DNA from: a virus
Reading direction: 5' to 3' (one strand)
DNA length: 64,000 bases
Virus record (IMG/VR): IMGVR_UViG_3300042937_000802
Span: 27,462 to 91,461 of that record
In this document: positions 39,451 through 48,636 of the stretch, piece after piece
Position numbering within the stretch: position 1 is the first letter of the stretch
Layout: the number at the start of each line of letters is the position of its first letter
Made by a program: the position numbers and the translations under genes
The notes under the pieces: generated by a model
Told to the model about the DNA's origin: nothing
Seen by the model: only the letters and a program-made list of their open reading frames with translations
The model's database searches: none

Positions 39451-40943
39451 TTAAACCTTTAATAATTTGTGAGATGGCAAATAACCACATGGGAGATGTC
39501 AATCATGGTAAATTGATGATTGAACAATTCTCTGAAGTATGTAAGAAGTACTCTGATCATTTTAGATTTGCTTGGAAGTTTCAATTTAGAGACTTTTCAA
39601 CCTATATTCATAAAGATTTCAGAAATAACATGGAACACAAATATGTAAAACGGTTTACAGAAACCATGTTAAGCAAAGAACAATTTATAGAACTTAAGAA
39701 TCATGCAAAGACATATGGATTTATAACCATGTGTACTGGTTTTGATGAAGGTTCTATTGATCTTATATCAGAAATGTCATTTGATATTCTTAAAGTTGCA
39801 AGTTGTTCTTTTAATGATTGGCCGTTATTAAACAAGATTGTAACAACAGATAAGCCAATTATTATTTCCACTGCCGGAGCATCTCTGGAACAAATCGATA
39901 GTGTCGTTAGTTTTATGCAGCATCGCAATAAAGATATTTCATTGATGCATTGTGTTGGTGAATATCCAACAGAAGCAGATAGATTACAATTAAATCAAAT
40001 TGATTTACTCAAGCAACGATATCCAAATGTTCCAATTGGTTATTCTACACACGAAGAACCAGCACAAGTCGATGCAATAAAACTGGCATTAGCAAAGGGA
40101 ATAGAACTAGCAGAAAAACATGTTGCGGTTTTAACAGAAAAATATCAACCAAATGCTTATTCTGTAACACCAGAACAAATGGATTCTTGGTTATTTGCTG
40201 CTGTAACTGCCATTAGAATGTGTGGTGTTCATGGGGAGCGTTCTCCGATTTCTGAACGAGAGCAAAAGGATCTTCTCCAGTTTAAGAGAGGCATTTATCT
40301 TAATAAGGATATAGCTAAGGGATGTTTGATTACAAAGAATGACATCTATTATGCTTGGCCAAATGTTCAAAACCAATTATTGGCAAATGATGCGTCAAAG
40401 TACAATCAATTCGTAGCAACAAATTATATCTCAGCAGATTCTCCTTTACTCAAAGATGATGTAGTAATTAAAAATACAAGAGAAAAGGTTTGGAATATTG
40501 TTCAAGAAGTAAAAACATTCTTAAAACAATCTGGTGTGGTCTATCCGGGTAAAGCAGACTTGGAGATTTCTCACCATTATGGTCTTGACAAATTTTATGA
40601 AACTGGTATTACTATGATTACTGTAGTAAATCGTGAGTACTGTAAAAAACTTATCATAGTATTGCCAAATCAAACACACCCCGAACAATACCATAAAGAA
40701 AAGGAAGAAACTTTTGTAGTTCTTCATGGTGAAGTTGAACTTTGTTTAAATGGAAGTGTTCAAACTTTAAAAAAGGGTGATGTGATAACAATTGAAAAAC
40801 AAATAAGACATGAGTTTACAACTAAAACTGGTTGTATAATTGAAGAGGTTTCTTCCACTCACTATTTAAATGATTCCTACTACACCGATGAAACAATCGC
40901 ACAGAATAAAGATCGCAAAACTTTTGTGACATATTGGCTATGA
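39447..40943 (+). CDS. NeuB-family ulosonic acid synthase fused to SAF and C-terminal cupin (lyxose-isomerase-like) domains
   Basis: EMANNHMGD, KFQ, KVAS, MHCVGEYPT, GYSTHE, EKH; C-terminal YCKKLI...QTHPEQYHKEKEETF...RHEF...IEEVSS. Confidence 0.85.
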   Translation: MIKPLIICEMANNHMGDVNHGKLMIEQFSEVCKKYSDHFRFAWKFQFRDFSTYIHKDFRNNMEHKYVKRFTETMLSKEQFIELKNHAKTYGFITMCTGFDEGSIDLISEMSFDILKVASCSFNDWPLLNKIVTTDKPIIISTAGASLEQIDSVVSFMQHRNKDISLMHCVGEYPTEADRLQLNQIDLLKQRYPNVPIGYSTHEEPAQVDAIKLALAKGIELAEKHVAVLTEKYQPNAYSVTPEQMDSWLFAAVTAIRMCGVHGERSPISEREQKDLLQFKRGIYLNKDIAKGCLITKNDIYYAWPNVQNQLLANDASKYNQFVATNYISADSPLLKDDVVIKNTREKVWNIVQEVKTFLKQSGVVYPGKADLEISHHYGLDKFYETGITMITVVNREYCKKLIIVLPNQTHPEQYHKEKEETFVVLHGEVELCLNGSVQTLKKGDVITIEKQIRHEFTTKTGCIIEEVSSTHYLNDSYYTDETIAQNKDRKTFVTYWL

Positions 40944-42712
40944 AACTATCTGACTATGTAATCAAACGCTTAGAAGAATATACTAAACATATTTTTCTAA
41001 TTTCTGGTGGTGGTTGTATTCATTTGGTTGATTCTCTTAGTAAGAGCAAGATCAAATTAATACCAAATCTTCACGAACAAGCATCAAGTATTTGTGCTGA
41101 ATCTTATTCTCAGTACACTAATAACATTGGTGTTGCTTTGGTGACGACTGGACCTGGTTCAACAAATGCTTTAACAGGAATTGCATCTGCTTGGTTAGAT
41201 TCTATTCCAGTTCTTTTGCTTACTGGTCAAGTTCAAAGCAAAGATAGAGTGGGGGACAGAAAAGTAAGGCAGTTTGGATTCCAAGAAATCGACACAGTTT
41301 CAATCTATAAATCAGTTACTAAATATGCAGTCACGATAACAGATCCAACTACTATTCGTTATCATTTAGAAAAAGCATTATGGTTAGCAAAAACGGGTAG
41401 ACCTGGACCTGTTCTTATTGATATCCCACTTGATATTCAAGCAGCAGAAATTGATGAACAATCATTAATTGGATTCGACGCAGAACCGGTTTCTTATTCT
41501 TTAGATAAAATTTCTGAAATAGCGGATCTTTTAAGTAAAGCAAAACGACCAATTGTTTTAGTTGGAAATGGTGTTCGTTTATCCGGCTCAATAAACGAAT
41601 TTATGCAATTTATATCCAAAACAAATATACCAGTATTAACTACATGGAAAGCATTAGATTTATTAGAAGAAACCCATCCGCAATATGTTGGTAGACCTGG
41701 TGGTGTTGGACAACGCGGAGCAAATTTTAACCAGCAGAATTCAGATTTCATATTAGTAATAGGTGCTAGATTAGATCATGGGCAGTTAGCATATCAACCA
41801 CAATATTTTGCGAGAGAAGCAATTCGTTGTATCGTTGACATTGATGAAAATGAAATCAATAAACTTGGTATACATGTTCATTATCCTATGGTAATTGATG
41901 CCAAAGTTTTCTTGACGGAATTGAATAAACATATAAAATCCAATGAATCTTATGATTGGCTTAATACTTGTAAAAAATTATATGAAAAGTATCCAGTTAT
42001 TTTAGATGAATACTTAGATGAAAATAAACCCCATGTTAATAACTATGCTTTTATAAAACATCTTTCTGATCTATTGCCAGAGGATTCGTTGTTAGTTCCG
42101 GGTAGTTCTGGTGCTTGTAGTGAAGTTACTATGCAGGCATTTCAAACAAAAAAACATACAAGAGTTTACAATAGCGAAGGATTGGGTTCTATGGGGTTTG
42201 GAATCCCATCAGCAATTGCTGCTGCTATAGCAAGTGGCAAAGAAACTATTTGTATAGATGGTGATGGTGGTTTCTTTATGAATGTACAAGAGTTGGAATT
42301 GGTGTTCAGATACCAGTTACCAATTAAGTTTTTTGTATTAAACAATGATGGTTATGGATCAATAAAAACAACGCAAAACACCCATTTTAATGGTAATTTG
42401 GTAGTAAGTGATCCAACAAGTGGATTGACATTACCTTCTATTCAACTAAATGCCTCTGCTTACAAAATACCTTATGTAAAAATACAAAATCAAAATAATC
42501 TAAAGGAAGAACTCAACAAAGTTTTATCTCATTCTGGTCCAATTATATGTGAATTAATAGTTGATCAGAATCATAAAACTTTTCCAAAGGCATCAGTTTA
42601 TAAAAAACCAGATGGTAGTTTTGCTGCAAGACCTATGGAGGATTTATCTCCTTTTTTGAGTCGTGAAGAATTTATGAACAATCTTTTAATTAAACCCATA
42701 TCTTATGAATAA
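40940..42712 (+). CDS. ThDP-dependent acetolactate-synthase-like enzyme (YerE-like)
   Basis: GGGCIHLVDS, HEQA, TTGPGSTN, GSMGFG, DGDGG...NN. Confidence 0.85.
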   Translation: MKLSDYVIKRLEEYTKHIFLISGGGCIHLVDSLSKSKIKLIPNLHEQASSICAESYSQYTNNIGVALVTTGPGSTNALTGIASAWLDSIPVLLLTGQVQSKDRVGDRKVRQFGFQEIDTVSIYKSVTKYAVTITDPTTIRYHLEKALWLAKTGRPGPVLIDIPLDIQAAEIDEQSLIGFDAEPVSYSLDKISEIADLLSKAKRPIVLVGNGVRLSGSINEFMQFISKTNIPVLTTWKALDLLEETHPQYVGRPGGVGQRGANFNQQNSDFILVIGARLDHGQLAYQPQYFAREAIRCIVDIDENEINKLGIHVHYPMVIDAKVFLTELNKHIKSNESYDWLNTCKKLYEKYPVILDEYLDENKPHVNNYAFIKHLSDLLPEDSLLVPGSSGACSEVTMQAFQTKKHTRVYNSEGLGSMGFGIPSAIAAAIASGKETICIDGDGGFFMNVQELELVFRYQLPIKFFVLNNDGYGSIKTTQNTHFNGNLVVSDPTSGLTLPSIQLNASAYKIPYVKIQNQNNLKEELNKVLSHSGPIICELIVDQNHKTFPKASVYKKPDGSFAARPMEDLSPFLSREEFMNNLLIKPISYE

Positions 42713-43370
42713 AAATATTGCAATTATCGGTTGTCCTAGAAGTGGTACATCATTAGTAGCAAATTTGGTAAAAAGTTCTGGTTATGATGCGGATGTACAC
42801 GGAACGAAACAATTAATGAAACCAAATAATAAATTTAACCCAGATGGTTATTTTGAGCGAATTGATATTGTTAAATTGAATGATATGCTAATAAAGGAAA
42901 TCGAATCTTCCTTAAGTTTTCTTAATCCGCCCACTTTGTCTCAGATACAGTCTTTGACTACTAATAACCAAAAACTTAATGAAATTGTAAATGAACAAAA
43001 TTTGTATTCTGGTTGGTTCATTAAAGATTCTAGACTGGCATTCACCATGAATCAGTATTCATTTAATAACCTAAGTATAATTAAAGTAGTTCGAAACCGA
43101 AGTTCTGTTAAAAAATCCATGATAAACCATTATGGCAATTTATTTGAACATGATGTCATTCAAGGACCACATACTATTAAGAAAATTGATTTTGACTATT
43201 ATTATGATCATATTAATTCCTGTATTGATTGGCAAATGAAATCGCATGAACATATAACCGTATCATACGAGGACATTCTAAATAGTAATGTTGAATCATT
43301 AAATAAGTTTTTAGATTCAGATGTCGATCTCAATATAATTAAAAAACAATATCAAAATTATGCAGTGTGA
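42705..43370 (+). CDS. Sulfotransferase-family protein
   Basis: IIGCPRSGTSLVA PAPS loop, NPDGYFE, KDSR, VVRN...S, VSYEDI. Confidence 0.8.
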   Translation: MNKNIAIIGCPRSGTSLVANLVKSSGYDADVHGTKQLMKPNNKFNPDGYFERIDIVKLNDMLIKEIESSLSFLNPPTLSQIQSLTTNNQKLNEIVNEQNLYSGWFIKDSRLAFTMNQYSFNNLSIIKVVRNRSSVKKSMINHYGNLFEHDVIQGPHTIKKIDFDYYYDHINSCIDWQMKSHEHITVSYEDILNSNVESLNKFLDSDVDLNIIKKQYQNYAV

Positions 43371-44463
43371 TTTTTGTAAATGTAATTCTTTGACTAAAAT
43401 TTATGATGTTCCTACCTCTAGAATAGGAGCATGTGTATATTCTTGTGACAATTGTGGACTTATTCAAAGTTCATATACTAACAAGCAAAATAAGCACACC
43501 AATAAATCAGTTAGTTCTGGTGCTGATTGGGGTAATATCAGGCATGGAAAGAAAATTAGATTAGATTCTTCGCTATCTTTTATTGAACCTATATGTAAAT
43601 TATCAGAAGTGAAAAGAGTTCTTGATATAGGATCGAATCGCGGTCATTTTGTTAATCATCTATTAAGCATCAATTCTAAGTGTGATGTAGTGGCTATAGA
43701 ACCAGACAATAGAATATTAGACGGTTATCATAAAGATCAAAGATTACATTTATTAAATATACGATTTGAAAATTATACAGACACAGATAAATTTGATTTT
43801 ATCTACTGCTGTCACACATTAGAACATGCAGATTCTGCTCATGGTATGTTAATTCATGCCATTTCTCTTTTAGAAGAAAACGGATATTTGTATATTGATG
43901 TTCCCAGTTTATCTGTATTGAATGATAAAACAAATGTTCAAGAATTTTTTATTGACAAACATACCTTTCATTTTTCAATATCAATCTTGCATAAGCATTT
44001 AGTTAATTTAGGTTTAACTGTTTTGGAGTATAAAGACGACACACATAATATTGTAATCTTGTGCCAAAAGAAAAACAAATCAATAGCGAATATTTCTATG
44101 ATCGATGAATATAAAAAAACATTAGATCACAATTTCAAAAACTTAAATTATGTTTCTGGGTTCATTCAGCAATTGTCTATTAATAACAGAGTAGCAATAA
44201 TTGGTGCTTCTAAAATCTATGATTCATTAATTAAATATGGAAATTTTGACTCAAAGAATGTAAAGTATTTAATTGATGATTATTTGTATGGTTATGTTGA
44301 TGAAGTTCATGGAAAACCAATACACAAACAAGAAGACATTCCATTTGATGAAATTGATGTTGTGATTTTATTAACAAAAAGTGCAACAAATGAGTTAATA
44401 GAAAGTGTAAAGAAAAAAGGAATATCAACTATTTACACATTTAATGATTTAATTTTAAAATGA
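43360..44463 (+). CDS. SAM-dependent methyltransferase with N-terminal Zn ribbon (sugar C/O-methyltransferase-like)
   Basis: CDFC...CDNCG, VLDIGSNRG, HTLEH, YIDVP. Confidence 0.8.
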   Translation: MQCDFCKCNSLTKIYDVPTSRIGACVYSCDNCGLIQSSYTNKQNKHTNKSVSSGADWGNIRHGKKIRLDSSLSFIEPICKLSEVKRVLDIGSNRGHFVNHLLSINSKCDVVAIEPDNRILDGYHKDQRLHLLNIRFENYTDTDKFDFIYCCHTLEHADSAHGMLIHAISLLEENGYLYIDVPSLSVLNDKTNVQEFFIDKHTFHFSISILHKHLVNLGLTVLEYKDDTHNIVILCQKKNKSIANISMIDEYKKTLDHNFKNLNYVSGFIQQLSINNRVAIIGASKIYDSLIKYGNFDSKNVKYLIDDYLYGYVDEVHGKPIHKQEDIPFDEIDVVILLTKSATNELIESVKKKGISTIYTFNDLILK

Positions 44464-45251
44464 AAAAAACTATACTAATAACTGGCGGTAATGGATACAT
44501 TGCAAAAAGTATCCATGAACATTTAAACCATATTCATGATGTAACTTCTATTACAAGAAATGATTTTGACTTGTCTGATTATAAACAAACATTAGACTGG
44601 TTTTCTAAAAGAACATATGATGTTGTTATACACACTGCTATAAGTGGTGGAAGTAGATTGAAAACAGATCAACATTCAGTATTTACCCAAAATATGGGAA
44701 TGTTTGACAATTTAGTCAAAAACAAAGATAGATTTTCTAAGTTAATAACATTTGGTTCTGGTGCTGAATTATTTCATGGTGATACACCATATGCCAATAG
44801 TAAAAGACAAATATCAAAAGAAATTATTAAATATCCAAATTTCTATAATCTAAGAATTTTTGGTGTGTTTGATCACAATGAACTGGATACTAGATTTATA
44901 AAATCAAATATAATTCATTATATTAAAAAAGAACCAATGATCATTCATACAAATAAAATAATGGATTTTTTTTATATGGATGATTTGATAAATTTAGTTA
45001 ATTATTATATAGAAGAAAAAAATCCTCCCAAAGAAATAAATTGTTCATATGAAAAAAAATATACTTTAAAAAATATAACAGATATGATAAATGTTTTAGA
45101 TAATTATGTGGTACCCTGTTATACAGAAGATAAAACCAAATTAGAATTTTATTGCGGAGAATCTAATTTACCTATTGATGTGTTTGGATTTAAACTCGGA
45201 ATTAAGAAAACATTTTATAATTTAAAATATAATACTTGCATTTTAAATTAA
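44460..45251 (+). CDS. NAD-dependent epimerase/reductase (SDR)
   Basis: ITGGNGYIA, FGSGAE, YANSK. Confidence 0.85.
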   Translation: MKKTILITGGNGYIAKSIHEHLNHIHDVTSITRNDFDLSDYKQTLDWFSKRTYDVVIHTAISGGSRLKTDQHSVFTQNMGMFDNLVKNKDRFSKLITFGSGAELFHGDTPYANSKRQISKEIIKYPNFYNLRIFGVFDHNELDTRFIKSNIIHYIKKEPMIIHTNKIMDFFYMDDLINLVNYYIEEKNPPKEINCSYEKKYTLKNITDMINVLDNYVVPCYTEDKTKLEFYCGESNLPIDVFGFKLGIKKTFYNLKYNTCILN

Positions 45252-45263
45252 TACTTATATAAT
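45236..45263 (+). promoter_or_regulatory. Sigma70-like promoter for gp55
   Basis: TTGCAT-N16-TATAAT, 6 nt before GTG 45270. Confidence 0.55.
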
Positions 45264-45269
45264 AACTTT

Positions 45270-45833
45270 GTGAAACAACCTAAAAAGAAAAAGAAAGCAT
45301 CCGATGCCGATTACGTGAGTAATCAAGAGTTATATGATGCTTTAGTAGAATATCGTAAAAAGTCTGCTGATGCAGATAATGCTGGCCGCAAAAAACCAAA
45401 GTTACCAGATTTCATAGGCGAATGCATTCTTAAAATTGCATCTCGCCTTTCTTATCGTCCTAATTTTGCAAATTATCCATACAGAGAAGAAATGGTATCA
45501 GATGCAGTATTAAACTGTGTTACATACATTGATAACTTTGATCCCAGCAAGTCTACAAGCCCATTTGGGTACTTGACACAGATTTGCTGGTTTTCTTTTG
45601 TACGTATAATAAACAAAGAAAAGCGAGAAAAGTATACTCAGTATAAATTTGCTGAACAGCAGAATGATAAAGATTTCCATAACTGGTTCAATGAAACCTA
45701 TGCGGGAATTGATATTGGTAGAAGAGATTTCTTTGGATTGACAGATCTTGACATGGAACGTTTTGATGAAATGTTAAGCCCAAAGAAAACAAAAAGAAAA
45801 AAGAAAGTTAAAAAGGATTCATTAGATATATGA
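45270..45833 (+). CDS. 55: Late sigma factor gp55
   Basis: [53 protein letters not shown]. Confidence 0.95.
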   Translation: MKQPKKKKKASDADYVSNQELYDALVEYRKKSADADNAGRKKPKLPDFIGECILKIASRLSYRPNFANYPYREEMVSDAVLNCVTYIDNFDPSKSTSPFGYLTQICWFSFVRIINKEKREKYTQYKFAEQQNDKDFHNWFNETYAGIDIGRRDFFGLTDLDMERFDEMLSPKKTKRKKKVKKDSLDI

Positions 45834-46877
45834 AAAAAGTAGCACTCATTACAGGAATTTCTGGTCAAGATGGAAGTTATCTTGCGGACTTATTGATTTC
45901 AAAAGGATACGAGGTTCATGGATTAATTCGTAGAAGTTCTTCTTTCAATACTGGAAGACTAGAACATCATATTCAAAACCCAGAAGTCTATAATAAAACT
46001 TTGTTTCTTCATTATGGAGATATGAATGATTTTACAAGTATTTACAATATCTTGTCTAAGTATAATCCTTCCGAGATTTATAATCTTGCCGCACAGAGCC
46101 ACGTAAGGCTATCTTTTGACATGCCGGTATACACTGGAGAAGTAGATGCGATTGGTACAGTAAATGTATTGGAAGCAATTCGTTCATACCAAGATCATAC
46201 TGGAAACAAGATTCGATATTATCAAGCATCTAGTAGTGAAATGTTTGGTAAGGTTCAAGAAGTTCCACAAAGAGAAACTACTCCTTTTTATCCTAGATCT
46301 CCATATGGGTGTGCCAAAGCATACAGTCATTATATGACAGTTAACTATAGAGAGAGTTATAACATGCATGCTTCGTGTGGTATTTTGTTTAATCACGAAA
46401 GCCCACGGCGGGGTGAAACATTTGTAACTAGAAAGATTACCAGAGCCGTAGGCAGAATTAGTCAGGGTTTACAAAAAGAACTTCGACTTGGAAATATTGA
46501 CTCACTTAGAGATTGGGGCTATGCTGGTGATTATGTTGAAGCAATGTGGCTGATGTTACAACAAGATACGCCAGATGATTATGTTGTTTCAACTGGTAAA
46601 ATGATCTCTGTGAGAGATTTTTGTGATTATGCTTTTGGTTTGATTGGTAAAAACTATAAAGATTATGTTGTTATTGATCTCAAATATTATCGTCCAGCAG
46701 AAGTGGATCAACTATTGGGGGATTCGACCAAGGCAAGACAAGTATTGAATTGGCAACCAAAAGTATCAGTCTTTGAACTTGCTGAAATGATGGTTGAACA
46801 AGATATTGAAATTGCCAAAAAAGAATTTTTAGTTCATCATTTGATTGATAAAAACGAAACCAGAAAGATATATGAAA
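45824..46877 (+). repeat. 12-bp direct repeat AGATATATGAAA flanking gmd (45824-45835 and 46866-46877)
   Basis: The identical 12-mer spans the start codons of both gmd and gp47. Confidence 0.6.
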
Positions 46878-46891
46878 GCAGTCATTCTTAA
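45830..46891 (+). CDS. gmd: GDP-mannose 4,6-dehydratase
   Basis: [58 protein letters not shown]. Confidence 0.97.
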   Translation: MKKVALITGISGQDGSYLADLLISKGYEVHGLIRRSSSFNTGRLEHHIQNPEVYNKTLFLHYGDMNDFTSIYNILSKYNPSEIYNLAAQSHVRLSFDMPVYTGEVDAIGTVNVLEAIRSYQDHTGNKIRYYQASSSEMFGKVQEVPQRETTPFYPRSPYGCAKAYSHYMTVNYRESYNMHASCGILFNHESPRRGETFVTRKITRAVGRISQGLQKELRLGNIDSLRDWGYAGDYVEAMWLMLQQDTPDDYVVSTGKMISVRDFCDYAFGLIGKNYKDYVVIDLKYYRPAEVDQLLGDSTKARQVLNWQPKVSVFELAEMMVEQDIEIAKKEFLVHHLIDKNETRKIYESSHS

Positions 46892-47918
46892 CGATACTCA
46901 TTTTGGCTATAAAGCTGATTCGCCTATCGTACTTGAATACTTTTTATCGTTCTTTGAAGAACAATTATTTCCTTATCTAAAGGAAAATAATATCAAAACC
47001 ATCTTCCATCTGGGAGATGTTTTTGACCGTAGAAAGTATATAAACTTTAAGACACTACATCAAGTCAGAACTAGATTTTTTGAACCTCTTAGAGATATGG
47101 GAGTAAAGTGCATTGCTATTTGCGGAAATCATGATACCTATTACCGCAACAATAACAATGTAAACTCATTGCATGAGTTGGTTGCCCCATACCAAAACTG
47201 GGAAATCTATTCAGAACCAACCGAGATTCAAACCTCAGCAGGTTGTGTGGCTCTTCTACCATGGATCAATCCAGAAAATGAAACACAGGCAGCAAAATTT
47301 ATTACCAACACCACATGTTCTCTTCTAATGGGTCATTTGGAATTATTTGGATTTCAGAGTATTCGTGGTATCTTTATAGAGCAAGGATATGATCCCAAAC
47401 ACTTCGACAAGTTTGAATACGTTCTTACTGGGCATTATCATATTAAGTCCACTCGTGACAATATTCATTATTTGGGTACGCAATACCAAATGGCTTTCTC
47501 GGATGTTTGGGAACCAAAAGGATTCCACGTATTTGACTTTTTGGCTAGAGAACTGGTATTTGTCGAAAATAACAAAAAGTTATTCTATACGTTTGATTAT
47601 AATGAAGACGAACCAGAAAAACTTGACTACTCAAAGTTCAAGGACTGCTATGTCAAGATTTTTATCAAAAAGCGCACGAAAGCTGCGAGTTTTGAAAAAT
47701 ACATGGATAAATTCTATGAAGCAGGCGTGGCAGAATTGGCAGTGACCGAAGAGGTATCTGCAAACCCTGAACTAGTGGCTGTAGATGTTCATAAGGATAC
47801 TCTCCAACTTCTTCACGAAGAACTTGAGAGTATTCAGGAAAAATCTATTGACAAGAAGTTTCTTGCAAGGATCATAGATGAAGCGTATAATAGTGCACTA
47901 TCAAAGGATGAAGAATGA
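46872..47918 (+). CDS. 47: Recombination nuclease gp47 (Mre11/SbcD-like)
   Basis: [23 protein letters not shown]. Confidence 0.95.
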   Translation: MKAVILNDTHFGYKADSPIVLEYFLSFFEEQLFPYLKENNIKTIFHLGDVFDRRKYINFKTLHQVRTRFFEPLRDMGVKCIAICGNHDTYYRNNNNVNSLHELVAPYQNWEIYSEPTEIQTSAGCVALLPWINPENETQAAKFITNTTCSLLMGHLELFGFQSIRGIFIEQGYDPKHFDKFEYVLTGHYHIKSTRDNIHYLGTQYQMAFSDVWEPKGFHVFDFLARELVFVENNKKLFYTFDYNEDEPEKLDYSKFKDCYVKIFIKKRTKAASFEKYMDKFYEAGVAELAVTEEVSANPELVAVDVHKDTLQLLHEELESIQEKSIDKKFLARIIDEAYNSALSKDEE

Positions 47919-48634
47919 AAATTTTAATTAATTATGCTAATTTAATATATAACCAAGCTCAATTAAAAAATTGTATAAGTGGATTTGAATCCGGTGGGTT
48001 TGATGCAGTTATAAAATATAGAGTTGAACATATTGATTCTGAATTTTATAATAAAAATAAACATATATTAGATTTAGAACGTGGTGCCGGTTATTGGTTA
48101 TGGAAACCATATTTTATAAAAAAAACAATGATTGAAAGAATGAATGAAGATGATATACTTTTTTATTGTGATGCTGGGCATCAATTTTATAATTCAATTG
48201 ATCATTTAATTCCTTTAATGGAAAATACAAAACAAAAAATGTTAGCAACAAACACTGGTCAAATTTCAAAAAAATTTACTAAAAGAGATACTTTTTATTA
48301 TATGAATTCTGATTCAGAATTTCATCATAACTGTGATCAAATACAGGCTACTTTTATATTATTAAAAAAAAATAAATTTACTTTAAATTTTATAGATGAA
48401 TGGCTAGAATATTCCCAAGATTATAGACTGATAACAGATTCACCAAATGAATGTGGTTTACAAAATTTTGATGAATTTGTTGATCATAGACATGATCAAT
48501 CTATTTTTAGTATATTAGCAAATAAATATGGAATTACTTCCATATTACCTCCAGATCAATATAATTATAATAATCCAAATAAAGAAGTACAACAACAAGT
48601 TATAATATATGTTGGAAGGCATAATACCACTTAA
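47915..48634 (+). CDS. Putative glycosyltransferase (GT-A-like) inserted between gp47 and gp46
   Basis: RGAGYWLWKPYFI, LFYCDAG, DHRHDQSIFSIL, a pattern typical of proteins in glycan loci. Confidence 0.6.
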   Translation: MKILINYANLIYNQAQLKNCISGFESGGFDAVIKYRVEHIDSEFYNKNKHILDLERGAGYWLWKPYFIKKTMIERMNEDDILFYCDAGHQFYNSIDHLIPLMENTKQKMLATNTGQISKKFTKRDTFYYMNSDSEFHHNCDQIQATFILLKKNKFTLNFIDEWLEYSQDYRLITDSPNECGLQNFDEFVDHRHDQSIFSILANKYGITSILPPDQYNYNNPNKEVQQQVIIYVGRHNTT

Positions 48635-48636
48635 TT

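Noticed and set aside
40940-42712. ilvB auxiliary metabolic gene for branched-chain amino acids
   Set aside because: It is embedded in a nucleotide-sugar cluster with rfbH and has no ilvN/ilvC, so a YerE-like role is more likely.
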